Origin: Yuukianura sp. NJ FZ-2021
Lineage: Eukaryota
Direction: 5' to 3'
Length of the DNA stretch: 64,000 nucleotides
Assembly: GCA_046563655.1 (NCBI GenBank)
Contig: CM102290.1
Span: 7,006,001-7,070,000, forward strand
Part shown: positions 1 to 12,700 of the stretch, one piece after another
Layout of the letters: each line of letters begins with the position of its first letter
Position numbering within the stretch: the first letter of the stretch is position 1
Program-made: the position numbers and the translations under genes
The notes under the pieces: model-generated
Told to the model about the DNA's origin: nothing
Database searches by the model: none
The model's input: only the letters and a program-made list of their open reading frames with translations

Positions 1-45
1 AAGGAGTTTTGTTTTTTCTGATTCGCTAACTGCCTCATTTTTCAG

Positions 46-893
46 ATCGAAAGGAGCAGCAGGAAAAGTCGGAACGGCTTCGAAAATTGTGGTCATATTG
101 TTCCAGCCTGTACAATAAAATTAACTTCGGAGACCGATTTGGGAATACTGAAGGAGTTGTTTCAGTTAGTAAAGGTATTGTACACTATTAGCATAACCTT
201 AATATCTGCCTTACACATACACTTAAGGATAAACGATTTACGTCCTCAATTTTATGTTTTTTAGACAAATTACTTGGCGAGTTCGCAGGAGATGAGTTTT
301 CTCGTCAGCTCATCACGACCATTCCAGAACGCGTTGAGAGCATCGACAGTCTGCGTTCCCGATTTTTTAACAAGATTGACAAAACCTGTCGTAATGTCGG
401 AGTTTTTCGAGCAGGAGAAGAGCTGTCGCTTGGGAAATATATTTGGGGTTACATTCAAGGAACACTGACGGCAAGATGCGGTAAAAACCAAAACTTAAAA
501 AATACGTGAACGATATTTGTTAATGCAATCCTGTCACCGCTAAATGTTTTGTATTCCATTTGAACAGAAGGTGACATAGAATCCGTAAATACCATTTATG
601 AAATCCTAGACAAAACAGCCTTTCATCTGCGACGAGGAGAACTGCTACAAGCCGTATTGACACTAAACAAAACAGAGGGTATGTCGGCAGTCATTTAAAA
701 AAAAATTAAACGTTGTAGAATTAAACGTTGGTCTCGCTTTTGGTTTTTGCAAATATTTGTGATAGGTCCTGCTAGGGCAATTTGCGAAGACTGGTTATCC
801 GATGCTCGTGCTGTGCTAGAGGCAAGCCAAACCTTATTTGCTCTAATGACTCACGCAAATGCAGAAAATCAACGAAGGAGTCTCTTGGTATAA
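46..893 (+). CDS. Mic60: MICOS subunit Mic60/mitofilin, last four coding exons (5'-partial)
   Basis: Exons 46-174, 265-480, 568-678 and 766-893 have GT-AG boundaries and consistent phase. They translate to ...LRSRFFNKIDKTCRNVG...KYIWGYIQG...IYEILDKTAFHLRRGELLQAVLTLNKTEGPARAICEDWLSDARAVLEASQ...*, the pattern of the C-terminal mitofilin domain. Confidence 0.85.
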
Positions 894-1845
894 AACTGAA
901 AAGTATCAATTTCTAATTTATAAACTCAGCATCGTAAATCACAGTACTTAGAAATAGTTTTCGGTTTTTAGTTTCTCCCCGATTCCCTATGATCATCCCT
1001 GTCCTCGTTTTCTTTTTGTTGCCTAAAAAAGGAGATTGAACAAAATTATCACAGGAATAGTCAAAGTATCTTAAAACTCCAAAGGAGTTACTACTATTAA
1101 ATAAATCGAGAAATCATAAAAACAGAATAATTTCTATCGTTTATAAACTTTCTAGAGCACAAAAGTTACGATCTCTGGAATGATTTCATTTAACATCACA
1201 CAGTTTCCTCGTGAATCACACTTCAAATTTGATTTTTTCCATAAGTGGAAATTTTTAAACGATTATACCTATTTTTCTATAAATAAAAATAGCGACTCTC
1301 TTCTAACAAACATTTTCACCAAATAAGTCTCATTACATTCAGACTTTCTTTCCTATTTTGACTTTAACGTTCTCTGTAGACAATATTGTTAGCACTACAT
1401 AGCTCGTTCAGAACAGGACTTGTGCTTAACCTATAACACTGTACGCTTATAGGAATTTGGAAAATAGCATTTAGTCAAAAATAAAAAATAAAACCTTTGC
1501 AATTCCTTAATGAATTGCTAACTTAAGAGTTAATGGAGGGACAAGAGAAGAACAATTTCTCTTTAGCACCATTCGATTAGCTCTTATGGAATTTCAATTC
1601 AGGAGAAAGACCTTGTCTTTGTCACTGCTTAAACTTAATATATAAATTATGTTTTTCTACAGTATTAAGCTCTACTGGACTAGTCTAGTCTAGACCTACC
1701 TAATGGACAATTGAATGGCGACAAAACAACCTAAAAAGTTCAGACTCAAGGATTGACAACAGTGATTTTTGTTTTTTTTTGTTTAAAACGTGAGTACTGT
1801 GAGCGGAAGACGTTCGACGAAACTGGGTGTGACCTCGTTTCATGT

Positions 1846-4800
1846 TTAAACTTTCTTCATCATGTTGAGAAGGCTACTATTGTCCATATTTTGTCGAAGT
1901 AAGTCGTTCAGTTGGGTAGGACTTGGACTATCCCTACTGTTCGGCTCCTTCGGAATATGAGAGGGAGCCCTTGAGCTTGAGTCCACTGACCCCCGTGACC
2001 TGCGTCTCATCGCTGCACTCGTCGCGACGTTCAGGAATCGAGTCAGGGTCTCACGGGTTGTTGAAGCTACAGGGGAATATTCAAGGTGGAGCGGCGTTCC
2101 GGGGCGTATTAGTCCGGATTCGGATCCGGACAAACTACTGTCCGGACTGGATTTTTGACTGGATAGTTTGGCCGTTCCGTTTGGTTGAAGGCTGCCACGA
2201 CGTGTCGGACGGCGTAGGAGGTGCCGTTCCTTCACTTTGTACTCGAGCGTCGAATGTGGGACTCCAAAGTGACTGCCTAAAAATTAACCAAATTATACAA
2301 GGTTCATGGCAACCAAATTACAAAATGATTTAATTTTTTCATAGAAAAGGAGACGTAATTAAAAGCTTTTTAGGGATTAACACACTTTGAGGACATAAAA
2401 TCAATGAATACTAGGATTTTTTTTTCAAAATTGGACACCAAAGTGAAGCTGAGCACTTCAAAAGCGAAGTGCTTTCAGAAAATGGAAGATTCGAATTACC
2501 GCCATTTGCCACCATTTTACTCACCTGCTCTGTGGACGCTCATTTCGCCATTTTGGACGGCTTTGACGGCCCTCACAAGAGCATCTCTGTCATAATTGCG
2601 ATACTTCCCACGTTTAGGCCGACTTTTCTTCCCATTTCCATCGCCATCAGACAAATTCCCAGATTCCAGATCCAGATACAAGTCTCCGTTGCCCTTGTCA
2701 ACCTTCGTTCGATCCGATTCATCCATGCAGTAGTCTTCGTCTACACTGACTTTACGTCTACTCCAATCAGAGTCCTCTGTTCCTCTCGGGGAGTTCGCGA
2801 TGGTCCCAGAATTTGAGAAGTGAGCAGCTCTAAACAACAGTAAAATGGTAAATACGGATTTAAATTATAATTTTTTTTAAATCCATTTTCAAATATATTT
2901 TCTTACCGAGATAAATGAGAAAATTGCTCGTCACCGCAAGAATGTCGTCGCTTCAGTCGCCGACTGCCGGTTGACCTTGCGTCATGAGAGAGAGGAGTGC
3001 CGTTGAGTAAGCTTCTCTCGTAGTCTTGAGTTTCTTCATCGCTACAGCCAGGACTGCTGGTTCCATTAGTATTTCTTAGAGCGCCGCTGCAAGTACCATT
3101 GCCCAAGAACTCTATTCCGTCAGCCACTTCTTCAGCAATCAGTCTTTGACGAGACAGTTTGGAGTGGAGCCATTCCTTGAGTGCCTTCTTTTCACGACTG
3201 ACTTCTTCTTCAGACTTGACCTCATCGCCACTTCCATCAGTACCGGCCGGTAACCCCTGCAAACCCACTTTGGACACAGGGGAGAATGCTGAGCCAGTGG
3301 ACAGCGGAAGACTCAGTTCGGTATCTTTACCGCAGTTCGGTTGTATCGCCCTGTCCCTCCGGTCTAACACTCCGGTCTTGTTCTTTAAACGGTACGCGTG
3401 GTTTCGATCTTTACCTAACTTGTACACTTTGTTTCGCAGAGTTGACCGTGGAATGCCGTAGATAACTGCCGCTCTTCTGTAACGTAGAACACGTACGTCA
3501 GAAAAAGGAGGAAAACGGAACTTTTTGGAAATTACCTGGTACCAAGCTTCCCGCTTTGAATGTCGTTGAGCGCTGCCTCCAGTTCCTGAGTAGTGTAGCC
3601 TCGATTTGCCCTTGGACTGGACTTGATACTGACCTTGGAATATTTGTCCAATGCAGTCACATTTCTTTCGTTGTTGCTACTGCTCACCTCTGGCGGCAAC
3701 AGTTGACTTGACTTCCCAAGAGACTTTTCGGATAAATGTGTTCTAAAGCAGAAACTATTTTTTAAACTACTAACAAATTTTAAAAAAATAGCACTAATAA
3801 ATTTTACAATTTGTAACGATGGACTCACTTGCTCTTGTAGGTCAAATCCAACGGTTCGTCTTCCAAGTCCTGAGTATTTGGAGTGGCAGGGGCCGAGTAC
3901 GAAGAGTGGAACTGAGGCCGTGGTCGCTGAGCACGCCGAATACTTCGGACAAGTTCATTTGGATCTCGAAATTCTTGCAAATTTGACACACGCATGAGCG
4001 GAGTTCCTGAGTACCCTGTCTAGGAACCGAAGACGAAATGAATCGGGTGACTCTCGGTGTGGGGCAAAGTGATACGGTGGACGGGTCACGAAGTGACCTT
4101 GAACTTACTTGCAGTTGAAGTTGTACGACTTGTTGCTGCTCCTGCTGCTGCTTGAATGAGTGGAGCAGGAAGAGAGCATTGAGCTGTTGAGCATCCAAAG
4201 CGTCAGCAAATGGATTCGGATTTCTGTCAGTTCTAACATTGAGATCTTCTGAGATATTTCCATGGTGGACTCCAAGGGATGAAGCCGATTGAGCTCCAAA
4301 GGCACGGTTAATAAAGTACCAGTAGGGCAGAAGCTGTGCCAAGTTATCATAAGTACCTAACAATTTCAATTTTAACGATTAATATATGCTCATAAGTTAA
4401 TTCACTTTTTCAAATTCTCATCTTCCCTTTTGAGTTAGACCCAAGCCAAGGATAATCTAATTTGCGCATAGATTGATACATAACGTGCGATTGTAAGATG
4501 TCAATGCCTTTGTCACAATTTCCATACAAAGTCAAGGTTACGACTAGCAGGAGTGAAAAGTTCGCAAACTTTGCTAGCCGGAGAGTCAAATGGTTTGGTT
4601 ATCCTAACTTTTTTTTTTACTTTTGACATTGGACACAATTAGGGAAAAGTAAATTAAAAAGCTGAAAAGATGCAAATGTAGACAGCAAACAAATCAGGTC
4701 GGAGTTGAGTTAATTGAGTTGCACAAAAAATTAATTTGAAAAGATGTGTTAGTGGTGTTACCATTTCCATCTTCGGCCTGTTCCTCCTCATCTTCTTCTT

Positions 4801-7057
4801 CGTCGTCGTCAGTATTAGGTAGTGTGGGGTCAAGGTGAGGCAGGTCCTGCACAAAGGTCAACTCTGCATTAACTTTCTGTAAATTGACGCTTTTTTCTAC
4901 CTTTGCCACACGATCCATGACAAAGTCACAAAAGCTTTGAATCTTTCACAACTGTATCCAAACAAATGTCAAAGTTATGAATTTTAAATTACACCGAAAT
5001 AACCAAAACTGAATTTTTAAAGCAAAACTCTTTCAAAATTTTGTAATTTTCTAAAAACAAAAGTTATTTGGCAGTGCTGATGAGCGTGTCGAATTAAACT
5101 GAACTCTTCTTTTGAGTAATCGAGACCTTAAATATTGGAGTTAATTGAATTTGGCTTACGGGAAAGCAGTCGTGGGCATTGTGTCGGAAGGAGGTGGGTC
5201 CACCACTGGGATCAAAATCGGAAACTGGGCTGTTTTTCTGGTTTCGTTCCCAATCTGAATTGAGCGGATACAAATGTCGCCAATTCCTTTCCCCAACAAG
5301 TTCACTTCCGATGCTCTCCAACCCTAATGTTAAAACAAAACAGAGTTAGGGTCAGAACTTTTAAGGACTTTGAAATTAATTCACATAACTGTACACCAAC
5401 TTCCGCCAGACACAAAATTCAGAGCTCAATTGCAATGAACTTTGACCAAATCAACTACTTAAGATTTTGAGACTAGGGACTTCATTGGTATAAGAGTAGT
5501 GTGTAAGGTTCACCGGAAACAAGAAGGAAATTCAGCCTACAAAAAATAACAACTTTACGGGGAAAAGTTGCAAAAATTTTCTCATAAAGTAAAAGCCTAA
5601 TTTCCAATTCGAAACCACAAAAAATGGCTTCCGGAACCCCTTCAAAGTCCTAGAAGACAAAAGATTGGCTTAAAAAAACAACAGGAAAACGGAATCTGGG
5701 CTTTTCATTTTGAAATTTACGAAAATACAGTTAATTTGCAAAATTCTGCTGGGTGTGAGAACTTTAATCTTGATTTGCTTCTAAATTATTCTACTCATGA
5801 CAAAAAATGTTCTTTACTTTCATATCAAGCATTTTTGAAAATGGTGCCGAAATTTTGGTGTTATCCATATTTTGTATACGTGGCCAACCTTTACCTTGGA
5901 ATAGCACATAAATTAATGCGTCGTTTCCAGAAAAGCATTTTACAAGCTAGAGTCTAAAGGTCATAAATCTGGAGTTGAACAAATATGGAAAAAGTGTAAC
6001 GAATACTTCCCGTATTACCCATTTGCAATTGTTTACCAACCAACCTTAACATAGTGAGCGGCAAATTAAAACTCAATCAATAATTGTTTACATAAAGTGA
6101 CTGTTTATAAAAATTACTATGTACTACAATGGAATGGTTTTGCAACAACCGATGCTCATGAAAACTAATGAGTAGCCAGCGTAAAAAAAAGCAAAAGTTA
6201 TGACTTCCGAAAATTGAAATCTTTATTTTTAACGTTTTAGTTTATGTAATCTAATCATCCATTAGCTCACGAAATATGAGCGCAAGATTTTTAAAAAAGT
6301 TAGCCTTTCGCCTTTCCTGTGTAGGAGTGACGCTGAAGAAATGTTGCCAAATTTTGTTGAAAAATATTTTCAAATGTGAACATTGCAGACTACCAAAGTA
6401 CATCTGAGTTTGAATTTACCAGTTTTTTGAAAGTTTCTAACTTTCCGAATTACAATTTCCAATATAATAATTTACCGTAACAATGAACTGCGCATATAAT
6501 GTTTCTTTTTGTTGTACTAAAGAGTTTCGGTTATTCGCTTGACCTTTTGCAATTCGTTTCATTCATATTCAGTAAATACCGAGTGGATACCAAAAAAATT
6601 TAATGCGAAAGCTAAAAATTCCTGGAAATGAAAATTTTGTCGACGTTCCTTATTGGAATACTGAACAACAACAAACCCGATACAGTTACAAGGTCGCTGA
6701 AGCAGACTAACCAAAATCCAGCTGAAGCGTTCAATATGGTATAATGATTAAAATTATTTCACGTGTGGCTAGTGTCACGACTTAAATCGTGACAGACGTT
6801 AATCCTAAAGTGGATTATATTTTGGCCACTTGATTGTCATGAAGATAAGGACTGATATTGCCAAAAAAAATATGTGGAGTGCCCGGCAAAATGCCACTAT
6901 TACTAAAGTTTTTCAATTCGCAACTAGATCTGAAAGTGCAGAGGTCACAGAGGAGCAGGTCAAGTGAAATTGGAGATAACTTACCGATGCAAATGAGGAG
7001 CTTGCGTGACCAGCGACTCAAGTCCCTGCGAATCTTGTGCTTCAGTCCCTCTGACAT
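1846..7057 (-). CDS. Eip93F: Ecdysone-induced protein 93F (E93/Mblk-1, LCoR family), two Pipsqueak HTH domains, ~789 aa
   Basis: Exons 6985-7057, 5160-5323, 4762-4942, 4109-4356, 3829-4019, 3536-3742, 2907-3476, 2525-2829 and 1846-2276 join in frame (2370 nt). HTH1 is YTTQELEAALNDIQSGKLGTRRAAVIYGIPRSTLRNKV and HTH2 is RPKRGKYRNYDRDALVRAVKAVQNGEMSVHRAGSHFGVPHSTLEYKVKERH. The N-terminal IRRDLSRWSRKLLICIGLESIGSELVGERNW resembles the E93 N-terminal block. A PLDLT CtBP-type motif is present. Confidence 0.92.
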
Positions 7058-9791
7058 GGTGTGGGTTCAAATCCACTTGTTGCCTAAGCCATGGTCTTGG
7101 CCCCACTTGATGTCAAGGTGCTTGGAACCGAGACCGTGGGACTAGGAAAGTGGTAGGATTTGTAGATTTTTGGGGCTGGAACCAAGTTGAGGAACGACTG
7201 AGTCCTGGTTCCGACTAAAATCCAACCAACCTGTTGCTACATTTAATTTCTGATTCCCACTGCCTCTCATGTTTGGCACTACCAATGCCAAATGTTGGCA
7301 AAAAATCTGAATCATGAGCACCAGGGAGCCCACTCTCCAGAGGAACCAGAATTCGCATATTGCCAAGCGCCACACAGAAACACTCGCAAAAACTCCTCCG
7401 CATCCGAGGATCCCGTCCTAACCTAACTCGTTCCACGGTGCTCATGAACGCCTAGTACGCAACCGCATAGCAACGTCACGCACGGTTAACTGAACTCACG
7501 AGTCCGAACTGCCGCTAATGCTACTCGCACTTCTCCAGAAAAAAATGTAAAATCGTTTTAAATAACAAGTTCCAAAATATTCAGAAATGTTAAGCTTATC
7601 GCGCGAAACCAGAATTGTCTTATATTTGCAACAGCATCACACATTTTGAATCTTTCTAAACTCCGTACTCGAACTCCATGACACGATAAATTTTTTGACA
7701 GTGCAATGTGATGTTAATATCCAGCAGATTTTTTTTTCTGAGGCTTAGCTACATAAGGATGACTCCACTTTTGGTTTCTAGCACGAGCTACTACTTGATT
7801 TTCTAGATTCCATCTTACTGAAATTCCTTCCAAATTATTTTGACGTAGAGACCATTAGGTAAACTGCGAATCACAAGTGACAAAACCGGCTTTTGATTGA
7901 ACAAGTGCAGGCGATGAAGAAGATGCGTCAGTAAAATCGACACTATAGTAGTAGTCCCTCCCTACTACAACACTCTTGCCTAAATTAGCATTTGAATGAA
8001 TGTTTCAACATTTCAGGAATCCCAAATTTCAAATTTTTGGAGGTCGAACGAATGCGGTTTTCGGATTATGTAGAGAAAGAAAAAACAATATTTTGAAACA
8101 TTTGGCATTATTTCTTGTCAGCATCACACTCGTCTGCAAATGACGACGGAGGTAGGGAAGCGTTGCTAGAAACTTTTAGAAGACTCAAAACAAGCGGAAA
8201 AAGTTTAAAATTTTTATACGCTGTTGCAATAAGGTTTTTTCATTTACACTGTCGAATTCTCTAATTTTAAGCCCTTTGCGCTGAATATTCTACAACAACC
8301 ATTCTTGTTGACCATAAAATTTATAAAATACAAAAATTAGGTCATTTAATCCATTCGAAGTAAAAAAGAACGACGGAAATGAAAACCCATTTCATAAACA
8401 GAACTGATCATAATAACCGATGTTTTTATGATGGCATATCTCACAGATGTATGTGCTATCTCGTGTCCTATACGCGTCTCACGTGAACAATTTACTGTTA
8501 AAGTTATTTTGAAGTGTTTTGTATCAAGGTTTTTTGGTTTCAAAACGTATTTTGGAATTCAAGTGACATTTGTAAACCGAGATTTACGTTCCGCGACAAC
8601 ATAAAACTGCGAAGTTCCACACCACAAAAATGACGTATCTTAGTTTAGTGACGCTACAATTTTAATTCTTGTCCATTTTCAAGGTTAGTTCAGCTACTTC
8701 GCAAACAAATGACGCCTAGCTTTGGCCCAAGTCAAAAGCTAAGGTTCCTTAATTTAAAACTGAGTTAATAGAATTAAGAATAGGAGTGGGTATTGGATTT
8801 ATTGCCTCAACTAGTTTCGGAAAAACAAGTTTTAAACATAAATTAGAATCGCAAACTGAAACTAAAAAATGATTTGGCTCCACGTTTATTGCAAAGTAGC
8901 CCTAATAGGTGTTGTAGACTGTCAGTTTCTCAATGAAGACTGGCTTACGCGACTCGCAACGTGAATGGACCCTTCTGTTATGTGTTTGTATTATTTTGAC
9001 GTGCGTAGACTTGTGAGAGAGAAATCAATGCTTTTGATCCACTGGGAGACGAGCGTAGTCCGTGAAGCCCTGCCATTTCACTTGGTCATGGTCATACTTT
9101 CTCTTCCAATTCCAAGTATTCTTGTAGTAACTTTCTATTCTTCAAATTCATTCGGAAATATCGACTTTCTCCGGCTAACGTAAGGTGCTCAGAACTGGGA
9201 TTCTCGGCCTGTGTGCGCCGTCGACACGAAATGCTTCAGACCTCCTTTCTTGTCTAGGAGCTTAAAACCGCAGAGCTTAGACGAAGCGCGTATATTCGTC
9301 AGATGACTCGTAACATTTTGTGGTCTATAGAATTCTATAGTACTTTGCGAGTTACTACTTACTACTCTACTTTTTGCAATTGAAAATACTAAATCCACTT
9401 AGACTTAACGCCTGCCTGTTGTAGCCCCTGCCTCGAGTGAATATCGTGACAAGGTGTAACGACTATTCGCATCACTCTCATTATCCTCCTCAATCATCGT
9501 CAGTCACCCATTCCAGTTGGAAGTGTGGACGTAACAACGTTAGCTGGAGACTGCGGACTAGAACCTAGAATAACTTAGTATTGAGCAAGTAACTACGTTA
9601 GAGTGCCAATTTGTGCGCCACAAGCACGTTGACTTTCTGACTACGCAAGAGGTCAATCTGTTAAAAGTGCAGCATTTGGTTCAGATAACATCCCTAAATT
9701 AGTGAAATTTTGAAGCCGGATTTTCGCTCTCGGATTTGTTGATCTACTTATAGAAAGTACAATTAGAAATTCAGAACAAGTAACCGAAACA

Positions 9792-12700
9792 ATGTCAGTT
9801 TCAAAAAAGGTAAGGGTTCACTGAGATTCAGTAGAGTTCGTAATTTTAAGAAAAATACTGCATATATTATTAATAGTAGTAATTTTTAGTAAGTTTAGTT
9901 TGAAAGTGGAGGCCTCAATAGGAAAAGATGTCACTTTTTTGAGGCTAGGTTTCTAGGTAAGCATTTCTTTTTTTAGAACTACGAGTCGTGTCATATTTTT
10001 ACAATTCACTTTTCATTTCAAACTTTTTTAACAGCTAGGCTTTAGAATTTTACAACGAACAACGATGAGGTCACTAACTGCGACAGTTTTTTTTATCTCA
10101 TCTTACTGTTTATTCTAATCATTTGTATTTTGTTGTATAAAGTTGACATATTTTTCATTTGTAAGCAGCAAATTCTTGCTAATTCCGATTTCCAAGAATT
10201 TGAATTTCCGCATTGATTAGAGTAGTGTTTAAGTTTTTACTTATTTAGCTTTGCTTACAAACTATTGCCGAAAATACACATTTGATAAGTTGGAAACTCG
10301 CCAATAAGCTTGAGATAGGCAATACTAAAATGTACAAAAAATGTACTCCAGCTACTACAGCAAGTAGTTTTCTGGAAACTGGTTAGTTTCCAAGAATTGT
10401 AATCTCACTTGTGCAATATTTGTGTTTGCAAAAATTGAGCAACCACTACCCGACTAGTTTGTCCCAAAAGTACATCGAGGGTTATACCGGCTTGTCATTT
10501 TGAATGATGGTGCTACGAAGACATACGTAATATTACAAATTCCAATTTGCCAAGTTGCAAAAACTCTGCAATTTGCTTGTACCTAAATATTTGAAGAACA
10601 CCATTATGCTTTATAGACATAACTGTTAACTTCATGCAACAGCAGTATATAAGATTTGAATTCCATCTGACACTGACACGCCATTCTGGGTTGACAATTT
10701 TAAAAGTTCTTGGAATCATACTCTGTGACATTGATATTTCAAAGAAATCCATTGTCCGTCTTCAGTTTACATTACTTGATCATAAAGTGGGGGCATAAAG
10801 AATACTGTGAATGGAAAATTTGTTCTCAACAGACCTTGGATCAGCAATTGTATAATATGCATGCAGAAAAATTAAAAAATAAACTTGGTAGAAAAATTTA
10901 TAACTCTGCTACATGGACTACAGTCTTGTAGAGAATTATCTTTGGCGTTGCCAGCTCCGATAAGAAGTAAATAATTACGGCAATAATTATAAATGTGAGC
11001 GGCAGAGGTCAAATGCCACCATGTCAAGAACACTATCCGTTCCAGGCGACTGCGTCTTCCTCACACAATCGTACTAGTATTTTTTCAGTGGTCAATCAAT
11101 TCTCAAAAACAACTCAACGAAATGCTTACTTTATGAATTCGGAGTGAAAAAGAAATGCTGGTGCCAGAAAATATTTACCACAGCTATCAACTTCACCCAA
11201 ATTTTAAAAAATTTCCACTGCTCATTAGATGTTTTTTTAGTGCTATATTTTTTGAGATGAATTAATGCATTATTATTTTGGTTTTTCCCTGATTAGGTAA
11301 CGGAGGTTTGTAGTGAGCTGATTTTAGATAAAAATCGGCTGCATCAAATTATGGATAAATTGATTCATGAGCTCAACCAAGGTCTTGGGAAGGCTACTAA
11401 TGCCGAAGCCACCGTCAAGTGCTTTCCAACTTATGTCAGAAATCTTCCTAATGGAAAAGGTGCGTGACCTTTGATTACTAGTCAAGTTCAAACTAATTCT
11501 GTACATTAAATCGTAATGCACGCATAGGATGATGAGTTGTCATCCTTCGGCGTAAGGTAAGGTCACCGACTTTTGCAAGGAAAAATTCCAAGTAAACACA
11601 CGCATACGCGTCGATGCGAATAAGTGCTGCAATTTTCGCCTCTGGTTTCTAGTTGTAGAATTTTGAGCCAAAAATTCTTGGAAAAGCATTGTTTTTCTTT
11701 GTAATTTTTTTCTTCCTCAATGGAAAGATGTAAATTACTTGTTCGACATTGTTAGAAATGTGTTTTAAAAATAATTTTCTAAAATTCAAAAATAGAAACC
11801 GGCAAGTTCCTGGCCCTTGATCTCGGCGGAACCAATTTTCGAGTTCTTCTAATTGAACTCGGTGGAGACAACACACTGCCCTCAAAATTTAGTTCCAAGT
11901 CTCGCATCTATGCTGTCCCACAAAACATTATGCTCGGAGCAGGAACACAAGTAAACTCAATTTTTTGAACAAATAACACTTTTCATGCAAAGTCTCTTTG
12001 AATTTGAAACATTTTTTCCTGTGTCTTTGTAGTTGTTTGATCACATTGCCGAATGTTTAGCAAATTTTATGAAGGAGCACGACGTCGGTTCCCAGAAGCT
12101 TCCCTTAGGATTTACGTTTTCGTTTCCCTTAAGGCAAGAAGGGCTCACGAAGGCTCGTCTTGTGACATGGACGAAGGGATTCAACTGTTCGGGAGTGGAG
12201 GGTGAAGATGTTGTGAAGCTCCTCCAAGACGCAATTGCGCGCAGAGGGGTAAGATCCAGTTGACAGTTCATTTCTAATACTTGAAAGTATTTAAGTTTAG
12301 AATGCAAGGCATTTCCTCCGAAGTAGGTGTAACTATAATGAAATGTATTTGATCAATTCCAATTTACAATTCGAATCAAGGATGTAGCAATTGACGTATT
12401 GGCAGTTCTGAACGACACAACAGGAACTCTCATGTCCTGTGCATACTACAACCAAAACTGTCGAGTCGGTCTAATTGTTGGTGAGATCTGCTACTTTTCT
12501 CTACGACTTCTCCCCAGCATTCCTTTCTTTATTTCGACAAAAATTTTGTCGAGCTCGATCGATGAGTCTTGATTTTATTTCAAAAATAAGTTTTTATATT
12601 ATAAAGTAATTATTCCCCTCCTTTTTTTGAATAATTCATTTTCATTTTTGCTTCTTCAATTCTGTCGTCTTTGGTCAACGGTTTTCATTGGTCAGTTAAA

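Noticed and set aside
3842..4108. 3' half of the 175-aa ORF (…CVCQICK…) as coding
   Set aside because: It reads through the 89-nt intron 4020-4108. The true exon 3829-4019 is in another frame, which gives PLDLT and keeps phase with the HTH exons.
7142..9400. Short ORFs between E93 and hexokinase
   Set aside because: No recognisable motifs or consistent splice structure; more likely 5' UTR or divergent promoter sequence.
11015..11077. Perfect Kozak GCCACCATG in hexokinase intron 1 as an alternative first exon
   Set aside because: The ORF stops after 18 codons and has no convincing phase-0 donor to join 11297.
11529..11650. ATGATGA box C suggesting an intronic C/D snoRNA
   Set aside because: No CTGA box D at a suitable distance and no terminal stem.
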